NCBI RefSeq assembly: GCF_006345805.1
Contig: NC_042998.1
Coordinates: forward strand, 117,366,001-117,430,000
Source of the DNA: Octopus sinensis
Lineage: Eukaryota
Direction: 5' to 3'
DNA length: 64,000 nt
Part shown: piece after piece, positions 52,290 through 64,000 of the stretch
Layout of the letters: each line of letters starts with the position of its first letter
How positions within the stretch are numbered: position 1 is the stretch's first letter
Translations under genes and position numbers: made by a program
The notes under the pieces: model-generated
Databases searched by the model: none
Told to the model about the DNA's origin: nothing
What the model saw: the letters and a program-made list of their open reading frames with translations, nothing else

Positions 52290-54665
52290 AATTAGTCACG
52301 CCGTTCAGAAAACAGGACAAGAGATAAGAGGAGTGTCATTGCCACCTATTTCTACCGCAATAAACATCGAGAATAAATCAGCCTGCAGGTTCACCCACTT
52401 CGACATTGTTGACATCTTCCCTTCCAGATCTAAGCCCCTCCTTCTGAAGGACCTAACATTTGGTGAGCAATACGCCAGCATAAGTGATCTTGATATCAGA
52501 ATTATCATGAAGGCGAGAAAGTTTATTCTGGTCCACGACGGTTCTTTCTGGGTGAAGAAAGAAGGTGATCCATTTTCCGATATCTTTATGGGGAGCATTT
52601 ACGGGTTGAAAAGGCCGATATCGTCGGTTTATACATCTTGGATACCCTCAAGACACGTAGCTATTAACATTTCTCGGCCCTCTAGGGACAGCCGTCATAT
52701 GAACGGCTAGACCATGGAGAGGTTCAATAAGAGTTTGATAAAAATATTTAAGGAGTTCGGCCTATCCATATGACTAACACCCTGACTACGGTCGATTTCT
52801 TGGAAGTAACCTTAAACCTGAACACGGGCAAGTATTGCCGCTTAAAGTTGAAACTGTATCCATCCACAGAAACTCTATCCATTCCACACTTTTATTAGAA
52901 GCTTGGTTTTTAAGCATTAGCAAACGAGTATCTAATCTCTTGGCGAACAGGGAGATCTTTAATAGGGTCATCCTCTCGAAAACGATGCTTTGGCTAGGAG
53001 CGGGTTTACTGAGAAGCTCACATATGTGGATATTCCCCAGACCTTCTCCATTCACTGCAAGATTATTAGGAATAGGGAAATTGTCTGGTATAACCACATT
53101 TTCAACATAGAAATTTCGACCGCCGTAGCTTGGGCTTTCTGTCGTTAATTAAGAAACACTTCCCAAGGGGCCATATGTGTTTCAAACTCTTTAACACCTG
53201 TAATGTCAATGTGAGTTGTTCCTGCCCTCTCTTCACTCAACACATTTGTTCATATATCTATGTGTATTTGTGTGTGGGCCTGTCCATGCACACCCATGCA
53301 TATATACGCACGCTGCCATAGATAGACATGCAAAATTATATAAGGATTATACTCTATCATGGTCCATAATAGACTCAGGACTTCCCTACCCAGGTCAACT
53401 CTCAATATGCAAACATTGCCTGAAGGCAATATTAAAAATTAAAGTACAACTCTCCAACACTGCTTAATAAACATAACGAGGCATTAAGCACATGCAACCA
53501 CCGATTTTATCACACATTTAAATTCTAAATGCCAAAACGACGATACGGTACATTTCCGCAATAATTCTTAGGCAATCCCATTAACATATAAATATACACT
53601 ATAACCCATAATCCCGACCTAGTTTCTCACATATGCAACCATCTGATTATATCCTTTTACATATTTAGACGCACACACCCATGCGCGCGTATATATATAT
53701 ATATATGTACGAGTGAGGGTATGCATGTATGCATGCATGTTGGTATATATAAAAATTTATACACATGCAAAATATAGATAACTGCATATGTAGGAACGAT
53801 GATACACGAAGATTGCATTTGTAAATTATCTCTGTAATTAATCTGATATATACATCTTCACATAAATATTTTCTCAGAATAATTAACACTGCTATTTCCT
53901 TACTTCTTAATTCTAGATATATTTGCCTCACAATTAAAAGCTACGACTACACTTAGTACTTCCTCTATCTCTTAACACCCCATTCCTCTATCATTTATAC
54001 TATAATACCTTTCTCTCTCTATCCCCACACCTACTTTCAAACTATCTCCACTGACCACTGACCAACCTACATCTTATTCCCTTTATTCATACCTTCAGGG
54101 GTTTTATACTTTATTTTATTTTTTGTCTTTACTAATCTTCTTTCTTCCATCTCTTGAATTTTTTCTTTCTCTCTTCCTTTATCTCTCCCCGCTTTTTGTC
54201 ATTCCTCTCTTCCTGTTTTCAATTTGACCATACAAATACACTTCTTATTTCTAGGTCAGTTTAAACACAAACCTTGAATCTGCTACACTCTATATAAATT
54301 CCCTACTGGGAATGACGAACTGTAAGATAATCTCACATTGCTTATAAACTCTACATCTGGATAGACTCATATTAAATTCTGTTGGACTTTTGGATTTTAA
54401 TCAAAGGATATTGGAATATTACACATATATACCCTTATGACTATAAAACGGATTTACGAATTCAATAACCATACATATCCTACATCTATTTTCTTTCCTC
54501 CACCTCACTCTCTATTTGTATCGCATCGAAGCTATGACTTATTTTTTCCTCTCACACCGTCTCCGATGAAGGGATATTATTAATTAATATCCTAGAAACA
54601 GCTGTAAGACCTTCTATCTATAAATGCTCTAATATCTATACAGCCTTTGTTTTTTATCCGATTAC
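52290..54665 (+). mobile_element. Penelope-like retroelement (family A), degraded
   Basis: RT: LVHDGSFWVKKEGDPFSDIFMGS and DFLEVTLNLNTGKY. Linker: FLSLIKKHFPRGHMCFKLFN...VNVSCSCP. GIY-YIG end: SWSIIDSGLPYPGQLSICKHCL. The 3' region is similar to 20000-20650, and the element ends in a hammerhead. Confidence 0.85.
54559..54610 (+). ncRNA. Type I hammerhead motif (family A pLTR), U4C variant
   Basis: GUCU-CCGAUGA-A GGGAUAUUA UUAAU UAAUAUCCU A-GAAAC AGCU GUA|AGAC. Confidence 0.7.
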
Positions 54666-54826
54666 GCATATATATATATAGGGCAAAAGAAAATTATTTC
54701 CATTCCAATATGCTGATAATAGACTTTTAAATCGTCAATTTCCACATATTATATACCCACTGCAGAAAAACGTTGTGAGGAAATCGAGGAAGCTAGTCAA
54801 CAGAATATTTTTTTTAAAGTTCGTTA

Positions 54827-54887
54827 TTTCTATATTGAATCAATTTTGGAATTAATCTCATAGATTTTTTTTCCTCTTCAGTAGAAA
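54827..54887 (-). ncRNA. Hammerhead motif (family D), G12A-mutated copy
   Basis: UUUCUA-CUGAAGA-GGAA...UUCC-AAAA UUG AUU CAA UA|UAGAAA. Perfect helix I, but GAAA is changed to AAAA. Confidence 0.6.
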
Positions 54888-55322
54888 ATATAAGAAATAA
54901 ATGAAGTACTTAGATGTACCCATGGGAAAAAAACGAAGCAAAAGTCATGTGTACATATAAGTATTCCAGATATAACTGTTCCCCACTACAGCTTATATTG
55001 ATTGCCAGTTCCTATAGCGAATAGTAATAAATCTACTACTAATATTGGATGAAGTATTTTTACAGAAAATAATTTCATCAAAAAGTGGCAGCATATTAAA
55101 ATACCTTTGAAGATTAAAATTATAAACAGCTTATAAAACAAGGGCAAAAGAACATTATGTCCATGCCAATATGCTGATAACAGACATTTAAATCGTCAAT
55201 TTCCACATATTATATACCTACTACAGAAATACGTTGTGCTGAAATGGAGGGGTTCTCATGACTTTTGCGTCGGTTTTTTTTCCATGGACGCATGTAAGTA
55301 TTTCATTTATTACTATTCGTAT

Positions 55323-55381
55323 TTTTTGCTGAAGAGGAAAAAATCTATGAGATTAATTCCGAAATTGATTCAATATAGAAA
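55323..55381 (+). ncRNA. Type I hammerhead motif (family D)
   Basis: UUUUUG-CUGAAGA-GGAA AA AAUCU AUG AGAUU AA UUCC-GAA AUUG AUU CAAU A|UAGAAA. AUA triplet ending at 55375; helix I 6 bp with two G.U pairs. Confidence 0.75.
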
Positions 55382-56759
55382 TAACGAAATTTAAAAAAAA
55401 AAATTCTGTTGACTAGCTTCCTCGATTTCAGCACAACGTATTTCTGTAGTGGGTATATAATATGTGGTAATTGACGATTTAAATGTCTGTTATCAGCATA
55501 TTGCCATGGAAATAATTTACTTTTGCCCTTGTTTATAAGTTGTTTATAATTTTAACCTTTAAAGATATTTTAATATGCTGCTACTTTTTGAAATTATTTT
55601 CTGTAAAAATCTTCATCCTATATTAGTAGTAGATTTATTACTATTTGCTATAGGGCCTGGTAACCACTATAAGCTGTAGTGAGGAACAGTTCACATTTGT
55701 GCTGAGGCCAGGATTTTATATTTAGATATATCTGGGGTACTTATGTTTACTCATGACTTTTGCTTCGGCTTTTTTTTCCATGGGCGCATGTAAGTATTAC
55801 ATTTATTTCTTATCGTATTTCTTATCGTTGTGTCTCCTTCTCAGCCTGATATCCCGGCGACGATCCTAATATCCTTCCTGCCTGCATTTCAATGTTTCCA
55901 TCCACTCCGTGTTTACTTTAATCTTTCCTATGATAACCATACCTCTTACTCTACTACCTACGCGGGCATCACTCTTTTCAATCTTCTACCTATCGCTCAT
56001 TTCGCTCTGGGCGAAAATGTTTATACATGACATTTTATAGATGGACGTAAGTGTGGAAAATGCTTGAGGTGCATTCATCTGGTATTTTAGGTAACAATGG
56101 ACACGTACATATATGCCTTTGTCTACAACAATATAGTATCTATAAAAATAGCATCGCAGTTGGTTAATCCAGGACATTACAAATATCAATTTAAAGTTTC
56201 TTATAGAATTCAGTAAAACAAACGTTAATACAACATCGATGGCATCTATAACGATTTGATTAAATTATAAGCAATCAATTGGGAAACATAAGGCACATGA
56301 AAATCAATTTTTTCACGCAGAGAATGCATCTACCAAAATTTGACTCATATACTTACACCTTTATTTTCAGCGTTGTTTCAAACTTAAACAACAAAAATGC
56401 TCATTCCAATCTAAATTTAATCTAATAACCAAAACTTTCTATCAACCTACACGCCACACAGAAACACATGCTTGCGAATTTTCTCCAACGTTCTCCTCAC
56501 ATATCTGATTCTTCAGTCTCTTTGCATCAGACCTAATTATCTTCCACACAGCTACATCTATGACAAGAAAGAACATCACAAATGTTATATAGAACGAAAA
56601 GAAACCAACAAAATCAAAGTGTGAAGAAGGTGATCAAGCTGAAACTACGAGATCACGCTGAAACTTATCTGTATAAATTTTTCAAAAATATGACGTCAGC
56701 TGAAAAGCGTATTAACAATACTTCACTTACCAAAACAAAAGTTTAACATCAGTTAAACT

Positions 56760-56809
<50 letters not shown>

Positions 56810-57441
56810 ATATAAAAGCAAACAATATTATGTATACCGCCATGTGTGTATCATATTATAAATACCCACACAGAATAGGTGAACTAAGTTGAAATAAAGA
56901 TATAGTAAAATTTAATGCTCTTTCAATTCCATACACCGAGTTTACAGCCTAGCAAGCTTCCTCAAAACCAGTAAAGGTTTATACACTCCTTCCCATATAT
57001 ATATATAACAAAGCACGAATGCCGTTCAAACCGGTGAAACTGAATGCATCACATCAATAGATTTTAACAAAGGCGAAGCTAGTTTGAAGTTCTCGAGAGT
57101 AACTGCTGTGCTAAATTTCGTATTATTCCAATACATATTGTTATTCACAAAGCATATCTATAAAGCAATATTATCAAAGATTTATCTTATAGTGCAATCG
57201 CATCTAAATGTGTGTATACATTTAGTATGTTAGGTTGATTGCAATTTTAATTTAATAATATTCACTTGATTACACCGATTTCATAAATATATACGTATGT
57301 GAATGTGTGTATTTGTTTGAGTGTGTCTGTCTGTTTGTCTTTGTAGCTACATTATATTCGTCTCAATTTATACGCACTTATACATACGTTTACACACACA
57401 CACACACACACACACTCACACACACACACAAACATATATAT

Positions 57442-57472
<31 letters not shown>

Positions 57473-59596
57473 GTTTCGGGGTGTTTGTGAGTGTACGCAT
57501 GCGTGGGTGTATGCCTACATATGAATATAAATAAAATATCTTTCTATATGTGTGTCTCTTTCTATATATATGTGTGTGTGTACTAATGAATATGTGTGTT
57601 TGTAAATTTGTTCATCAAACAAAACATTTGTTGATCAATATGATCAAAGTTCTTTGATAAAAAGAAATCAATAACAAATGGATGAGAATAATCTGCATTG
57701 CAATAATACTTTATTGTTTCATTTTCTTTAGTTGTTTTCATTCATCTATCCCTTTTTCTCATAACACAATTTAAAACCGTTGAACTGATATTTTATCAAA
57801 CCATGCAGAATGGAAGCCCGGCAGTGATTTAGACAATAATATATGTATTTTTTGTTTATATGGCGGAATAAATGTAATTACCAATGATAGTTTTGTGAAT
57901 AAATTTTATGTTATATATTACAATTACTGTCAGATATGTATTATTAATTCTTGTGACAATAAATTTAATGAACAATTGTAGAAACAGAGATTGTGTTAAC
58001 TGATATTCTAATTATGGTGTAACACCGTGCGGTCTGCTACTGAATTAAAATCTAACAGCAAGACCATTCAGAGCTCCAAAAGCTTGTTTAATTGAAAAAT
58101 ACAAGAAAGATGTAAAGGTTTTGAAATGTAAATATACTATTCTATGTACGATATAATGGTAATAATGTTGTGTAAAAAACTAGGTAATTCATCTATTACT
58201 AATCAAACGAAGAATAAAACAAAATCGTCCACTTTATATCACACTTAACTCCATCTTAAAACAAAATCTCGTTTAGACATTTCGCATTGTGAATTGATTT
58301 CATCCATTGTAAACCTATCATATCATATTATAGAGAAAAAGCTCTCCACTATGTCTGTAAATCGAAAGAAAAAATATGTTCGCTATATCATTGCTCCGAA
58401 ATATTCTCATTCTGTATGTTTCATATTTACACCCATATAACTGACACTCAAGGATACCAATTCATAAAACTATTCAATGATTCACTCACACTATTGCCCA
58501 ATACACAAACACATACTCTCAAGCTCAGAAGCACGCATTATGTCTTAACGTGAACTCTTTCTATTCAAATATGTTTCGTTACTAAATAACATAATAATGC
58601 ACAGGTTAGCGTACACCAAAAAAAATAACAATGGACTGAATTAGAATCTAGAAGCGGATGTTATACGGCTCTCTGACAAAACCGTTGCATCAAGCCTATC
58701 GGGTATTGGTTAATTAATCCATATAAAAGGCTACTTTAATTTAATGCTTTCTCAATTGTGCAACAGAGATCATATTTTTCTATTGTGGAGGAGGCACATG
58801 TGAGCAAGGTCGAAAAGCGCTCTGTTCTTTTTAAATATCAACTTCTTGATGTTGTTATTTACACTTACCCAATCTTGAAGTTTACGTTTGTTAAAACCAG
58901 TCACATCTGCAAACTATTTATTGGCTTCTTAATGTTGTTCCAGTCATATCTACACATCAATACTTCCAATTTTCTGACAAGCCATGCTATCATCTCAGAA
59001 TATTTCAGGATGACAATAGACTTCAAACTTACATTTGTCTTTTTTATGCACTTAAACTTTGCTCTGAAAATCTTATTCTCAGTCCATCACTCAGAAACAC
59101 ACATTGAACGGATGATGCACATATTTTGAACATCACGCATGCGAATAATAAAATATTGAATAAGATGCAACTGTGTTGAATCAGAATGCAAGTACGTGGA
59201 CTTATTTTTCTATTCAAACCTTCTATATCAAATACAATGGACTATTTTGGCAGAAATTCTCAGTGGAAGCATCAACTTAACATTACACTTCCTACAACTT
59301 ATTGCCCAAATCCTACGCGCATTCCTACGCACATTCCTTTTGTCCCCTTACACCTATACCTAGAACACTTCTTCCCCACATAAATCGCATCTACAAACAC
59401 ATTACCGTTTTACCCTCCAGAGCTGTTACCCCGCTGACAATCTTGTACGTCGTTTGACTAAGGGTATCCTAACAATCGATTTCCTGTAGTCAACTTAAGG
59501 AAACATCCATTCTTTTCTGTGCGACGAAGTAATCAACCGGACGCAATTGGACATGAGGACATGCTGATTACTTTTGTATCTCTTCCGATTTATGTA

Positions 59597-59597
<1 letters not shown>

Positions 59598-59643
<46 letters not shown>

Positions 59644-59687
59644 TACATACATACATACATACATACATACACACATACATACATACA

Positions 59688-59723
<36 letters not shown>

Positions 59724-59725
59724 TA
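59598..59725. repeat. (TA)n(CATA)n microsatellite
   Basis: Direct inspection. Confidence 0.95.
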
Positions 59726-60001
59726 AATGCTGAAAAGTATGTAGTCTATATTTACATTATCTATTCCTTAATTCTTTGATTTATATTTATAATCAGATGT
59801 TTGAAAATATTTCTTGTAAAGAGTTTGTCAAATGTTAGATTTCAACTTACCAAACTCTCATATGAGACGCCAGTTACGAAACGTTCTTTATCCTCTGCTA
59901 TCCACGCTTACTTATTTCTCATTTATAGAAGCCTGGCTATGCTTCTGACTGCTCTACACTATAACTATATCTGCATCACATACATTACATACATACATAC
60001 A

Positions 60002-60075
<74 letters not shown>

Positions 60076-60119
60076 TATATGTATGTATGTATGTATGTGT
60101 GTATATAAGCGTATTTCTA

Positions 60120-60240
60120 TTTATGCGCCCTTTCCAAGCCTAGGAAGGCTCATAGGCTCGGTTTCACGGTGTCTGTGGCGTTTGTGTTCCCCGGCAGCTG
60201 GACGGGACGCCAGCCAATCGCAGCGTTACTCAAGAAACAT
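60120..60240. mobile_element. Probable interspersed retroposon fragment between microsatellites
   Basis: GC-rich island (ctgtggcgtttgtgttccccggcagctggacgggacgccagccaatcgcagcgttactca) resembling SINE-type repeats; family not assigned. Confidence 0.35.
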
Positions 60241-60277
60241 GAAGAAAGAGTGAAGAAATTTGGGGTGAAAGAGTACA

Positions 60278-60337
<60 letters not shown>

Positions 60338-60353
60338 GTGTATGTATGCATGA

Positions 60354-60392
<39 letters not shown>

Positions 60393-61149
60393 TAGAACGT
60401 CTTTGATCACACATCCTAGCTTGCACACCGCTGAGAGGGGCTAAACTCTAAATTTCATCCACCGCAAAAGAAAAGAATCTCAAAATTTCATTTTTTAGAA
60501 GTGTCTAATCAATGGATTGAATTGGTAATAATATTTAAAATGTTAAAATATTAAATTGTTTTCTACTATTGGGAAAATTTAAGGAATTATTATTACGTTG
60601 TTACTGCGTTCGACTTGAAAACTGTGAATTACAATATATCACCTATCCTTAAATGCAATCTAAATTTATTTCAAATGGGAACTTTTTCTTCTCACAACGG
60701 AACGTTTGATACCTACTCAATTTGAAAGTAAGTTATGGCGTGTTATAATGCACTATGTTACAGAAGAGTAAGTGTATACATACAGATGTAAGTAAAATTA
60801 TATTTGAAGTTTTACATCAGAATAATTCAAAGATTTCACAGTTGGGTTTTTTGCGCGGTATATGATGAAAAATTTTCGGTGTCAATATATTATTCCAACA
60901 AGTCGACACACAATTAACTAAAATATATATAGATTTATGTACCTACTTACATACGCACGCTTACGCATATATATATTATGCAATATATATATTACATAAA
61001 TGTACATATGTATACATAGATATGCATACATGTGTGTGTTTGTGTGTGTGAGAGAGAGAGGGGGGTGTATAATATTAAACACACTCACACATACATACAC
61101 ATGTATGCAAATCTATTCGCATATGACCCAACATATACATACCGGTTGC

Positions 61150-61510
61150 AACAAGAGGTCCTGTTGATCCAATCAACGGAATAGCCTGCTCGTTAAATTA
61201 ACATGCATGTGGTTGAGCACTCCACAGGCACGTATAGCCTTAACGTAGTTCTCGAGGAGTTTCAGCGTGACACAGAGTGTGAAATGGCTGGCCCTTTGAA
61301 ATACAGGTACAGCATAAGCAGGAAGAAAATGTGAGCGAAATATGTGGTGAAAGAAGTACAGCGGGATACGCCACCACCCCCTACCTAAACCTCGTAGACC
61401 TATAGGTGTTTTCGCTCAATAAACACTCACAACGCCCGGTCTGGGAAAGGAAACCGATATCCTACGACTGTCAGTCCTCTGCTCTAACCACTGGACCGTT
61501 GCACCTCCAC
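61150..61510 (-). mobile_element. tRNA-derived SINE family 3
   Basis: Reverse complement begins gtggaggtgcaacggtccagtggttagagcagaggactgacagtcgtaggatatcggtttcctttcccagaccggg, a tRNA-like head with A and B boxes, followed by a 300-bp body. Confidence 0.8.
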
Positions 61511-62187
61511 TATACATAATTGTATACAATTATATGCCGAAGACATTCTGAGCAGGTTTCACCTTCTTACTACACAAGAGGCTTCGAGAAAATTCTTTGG
61601 CAAAAAATGACAGCAAGTCTTGTCCATTTGCATAAATGACAACCACATCGCTATTTTAACTACATTTTTTCAAATGGAAATGATGGTTTAATTTTTAGCA
61701 TGTATAACATTCGCATCAACAGTGACTATTTTACCTAACGTTTTCTATATCGGGACATATAAATAGTAACATAGCAGAGTATGTCTTTAGGTGTTCGCTG
61801 CTGAGAACAAAAAGGGGACTTACGAAAATATAATACATAATATATATGCGCGAATGCATGCATGTATGGCGGCGATTCAGATTTGGTGTAAAACCATCAT
61901 TTGTTTGTTTTTTAAAAAATAAGAGCACAAATAAGGCTTTTTAGTTTACTAAGGTGTTTCCATCTTTTGTACAGAAGTGACAACAATGGACGCATCTTGT
62001 AGAACATTACATTATTGTTTGGGGGAACATCAATGTGCGCATTCAGGCCATACGTCTCATTATTATCCACACTTCTTGCAAGTACATATGTTGCATAATT
62101 CATGTTCTATATTTTAGAGAAGAGGAATTCTGTACTTTTTTTACATTATTTACATTGGTCGGATATGTGTTCTCATCTTGTTTATTG

Positions 62188-62241
62188 TTACCACAACGTT
62201 TCGGTAGATTTACTCTCCAGCCTTCATCAGGTATCCTGGTA
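62188..62241 (-). ncRNA. Minimal hammerhead-like motif (family E)
   Basis: UACCAGGAUAC-CUGAUGA-A GG CUGGAGAGUAAAUCUA CC-GAAACGUU|GUGGUAAC. Palindromic ACGU helix III; helices I and II are imperfect. Confidence 0.6.
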
Positions 62242-62280
62242 GAATTTTCAACCCAACATTAAGGGGGTGGGGTGCTGATA

Positions 62281-62289
62281 TTATTATTG

Positions 62290-62360
<71 letters not shown>
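62281..62360. repeat. (TTA)n(TTG)n microsatellite at the LINE 3' end
   Basis: Direct inspection. Confidence 0.95.
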
Positions 62361-62376
<16 letters not shown>

Positions 62377-64000
62377 ATTGTTGCCTTTGAACAGCTTCTA
62401 ACGCTGGAGATGTTCTACAGTGTCAGCTGTTCACTACCAGTGAACTAACGTGTCACATCTGATTTTTCGAGCACCTTCCGGATATTCGAGCGGTTCCAAG
62501 CAGTACTGTTTTCTGCAACTGTACCACCTTTATTGCAGGCCCTATTTGTTCCACGTACTTCTCGAGATTTTTGCTCACTGTTCCCAGGGCTACGTATTTT
62601 ATCGACCACAACAGCTTAACTTCCCAAGCTAACCTGTCGTATCTCCCAACTTTTCTTTCTTCCTTATTGCATACCTTGTTGTCAGCTGGGCATGCTATGT
62701 CTATGATCCAGCATAGTTTGTTTTCTTTCTCAATTAAGACTATGCCCGGCTTCCAATTTTCTATCTCAAGGCTGCATCGAATCATAAAATCCCATAGGAT
62801 CTTTGCATTTCTATTTTCGACGATGCATTTAGGCTTGTCGTCGTACCAACGTTTTGCTCTGTCAAGTCCATAATTTTTGCAATGTGTCCAGTGGACAAGC
62901 TTGGCTATATTGTCGTAGCCTCTCTTATATTCCTTCTGGGCTAGAGGCGTACATTGGCTGGTAATATGCCATTCGGATTCACCGTTTTGTCCACAGATTC
63001 TGCACTTTTTCTGATGTGATACCTATTCTGTATTTTATGTAGTTTGTTGTTAGTGCTTTCTCTCGGGCAGCATAGATTACAGCCTCGTTTCCGGTTTCAA
63101 ATCATTTTTAGTAATCCACAGCCACGTTGTTTTTACTCTGTCTCATCTTCGACATCCTTATGAAATTGACCATGCATTCTTTTCTTTACCATACTATGTT
63201 CATTTTCATTCGTTTTCAATTTCTTGTATAGTGCTTTATCTTTGCAATCTTTCATCCTACACACGCCTGAACTTCCTACTTCTAATATTAGCGGTTCATT
63301 GGTATTTTATACATACCATGCTATGTTGGTTTCTTTTGCTCTAATGCTGTCTTCGCATTCAATAATTCCTCTTCTCACTCATTTTTTTTTTTTGGTACAC
63401 ATAGTCTGTCCGTCTCACTTTTGGGGTGGAGTGACCCATATTTAGTTAGCAATTTACTTGTCTTTCTGTCTAAGGTGTTTAGTTCGTCTACTGTCCAAGC
63501 GATTACTCCTGCCCCATGGCTAAGGAGTGAAACCGACCGGGTGTTGATAGCTTCGATCTCATTGCGTCCGTTGAATTTCGATTTAAGGATCAATCTCAGT
63601 CTGCGCAAGTACTCCTCTTTAATTTTTCTGTCATTTCTTCCTCCATCAATTTATCCATTTCCAAAATTCCTAAGTACTTATCGCACGACTCTTCTATCTG
63701 CTTCTTAACCTCCCCCGACGCTATTATTAGTTCGTCCATACATTTGATTTTGCCTCTATTCATGGTTAACACACCACACTTTCTCAGTCCGAACTCCATT
63801 CTAATATCAGCACTGATACTATACACCGTATCAACCAGTGAACTGACTTGGTCTTCGTCTTTACTATAAAGTTTGAGGTCATCCATGAATAACTAATCGT
63901 TGGCTGCTTTGAATGCATACCCAGCTTTTGCTTCCCTCAGAATCAGTGTCACTGGTATCCAGCACAGGACAACAATCAGTGGGGACAGGCAGTCCCATTG
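62361..64000 (-). mobile_element. R4/Dong-clade non-LTR retrotransposon (RLE type), 3' portion, frameshifted
   Basis: RT: LFMDDLKLYSK...MEFGLRKC and YLG. Zinc knuckle: CRICGQNGESEWHITSQC (CX2CX8HX4C). HDN-like region: YDNIAKLVHW. RLE: KPGIVLIEK...CWIIDIACP (PD changed to PG). The short 3' UTR ends in an (AAC/AAT)n tail. The element continues beyond the window. Confidence 0.9.

Larger units (their letters stand above)
54681..55820. repeat. Tandem plus inverted array of a hammerhead-bearing unit of about 461 bp (family D)
   Basis: The unit starts at gggcaaaag at 54681 and again at 55142. From about 55257 the array is reverse-complemented (unit boundary cttttgccc at 55520-55528) and runs to about 55820. 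Confidence 0.9.

Noticed and set aside
57640-57680. UUGAUAA-AAA-GAAAUCAAUA, a possible U3-A8 hammerhead variant
   Set aside because: No helix I or II pairing; AT-rich chance match likely.
58760-59130. Minus-strand GTAAGT donors and a peptide (DVTGFNKRKLQDW) faintly like a pogo-type HTH
   Set aside because: Multiple stops and too little similarity to call either exons or a transposase.
61430-61510. tRNA-like sequence (also the heads at 6871 and 14854)
   Set aside because: These are SINE heads continuous with repeat bodies, with degenerate stems; not functional tRNA genes.

Overview
AT-rich, microsatellite-dense eukaryotic DNA. The SINE families, composition and repeat load suggest an octopus/cephalopod intergenic or intronic region; this taxon call is inference. 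I could not support any host protein-coding gene, rRNA, true tRNA or CRISPR array, and most ORF-track entries are microsatellite read-through. The window is a retroelement graveyard: two families of Penelope-like elements (PLE; RT plus GIY-YIG remnants), R4/Dong-clade and RTE-clade LINE remnants, and three tRNA-derived SINE families. The most interesting signal was read by eye: about 12 type I hammerhead ribozyme (HHR) motifs from at least six unrelated sequence families. They include an apparent A3-U8 compensatory core variant (12348-12382) and a motif with essentially no helix III (46217-46272). Several sit in short non-coding fold-back elements built as 5'-to-5' joined inverted arms with a one-sided tail, embedded in (TA)n tracts. 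These look like non-autonomous, PLE-mobilised ribozyme elements. All folds are manual, and cleavage activity is untested.
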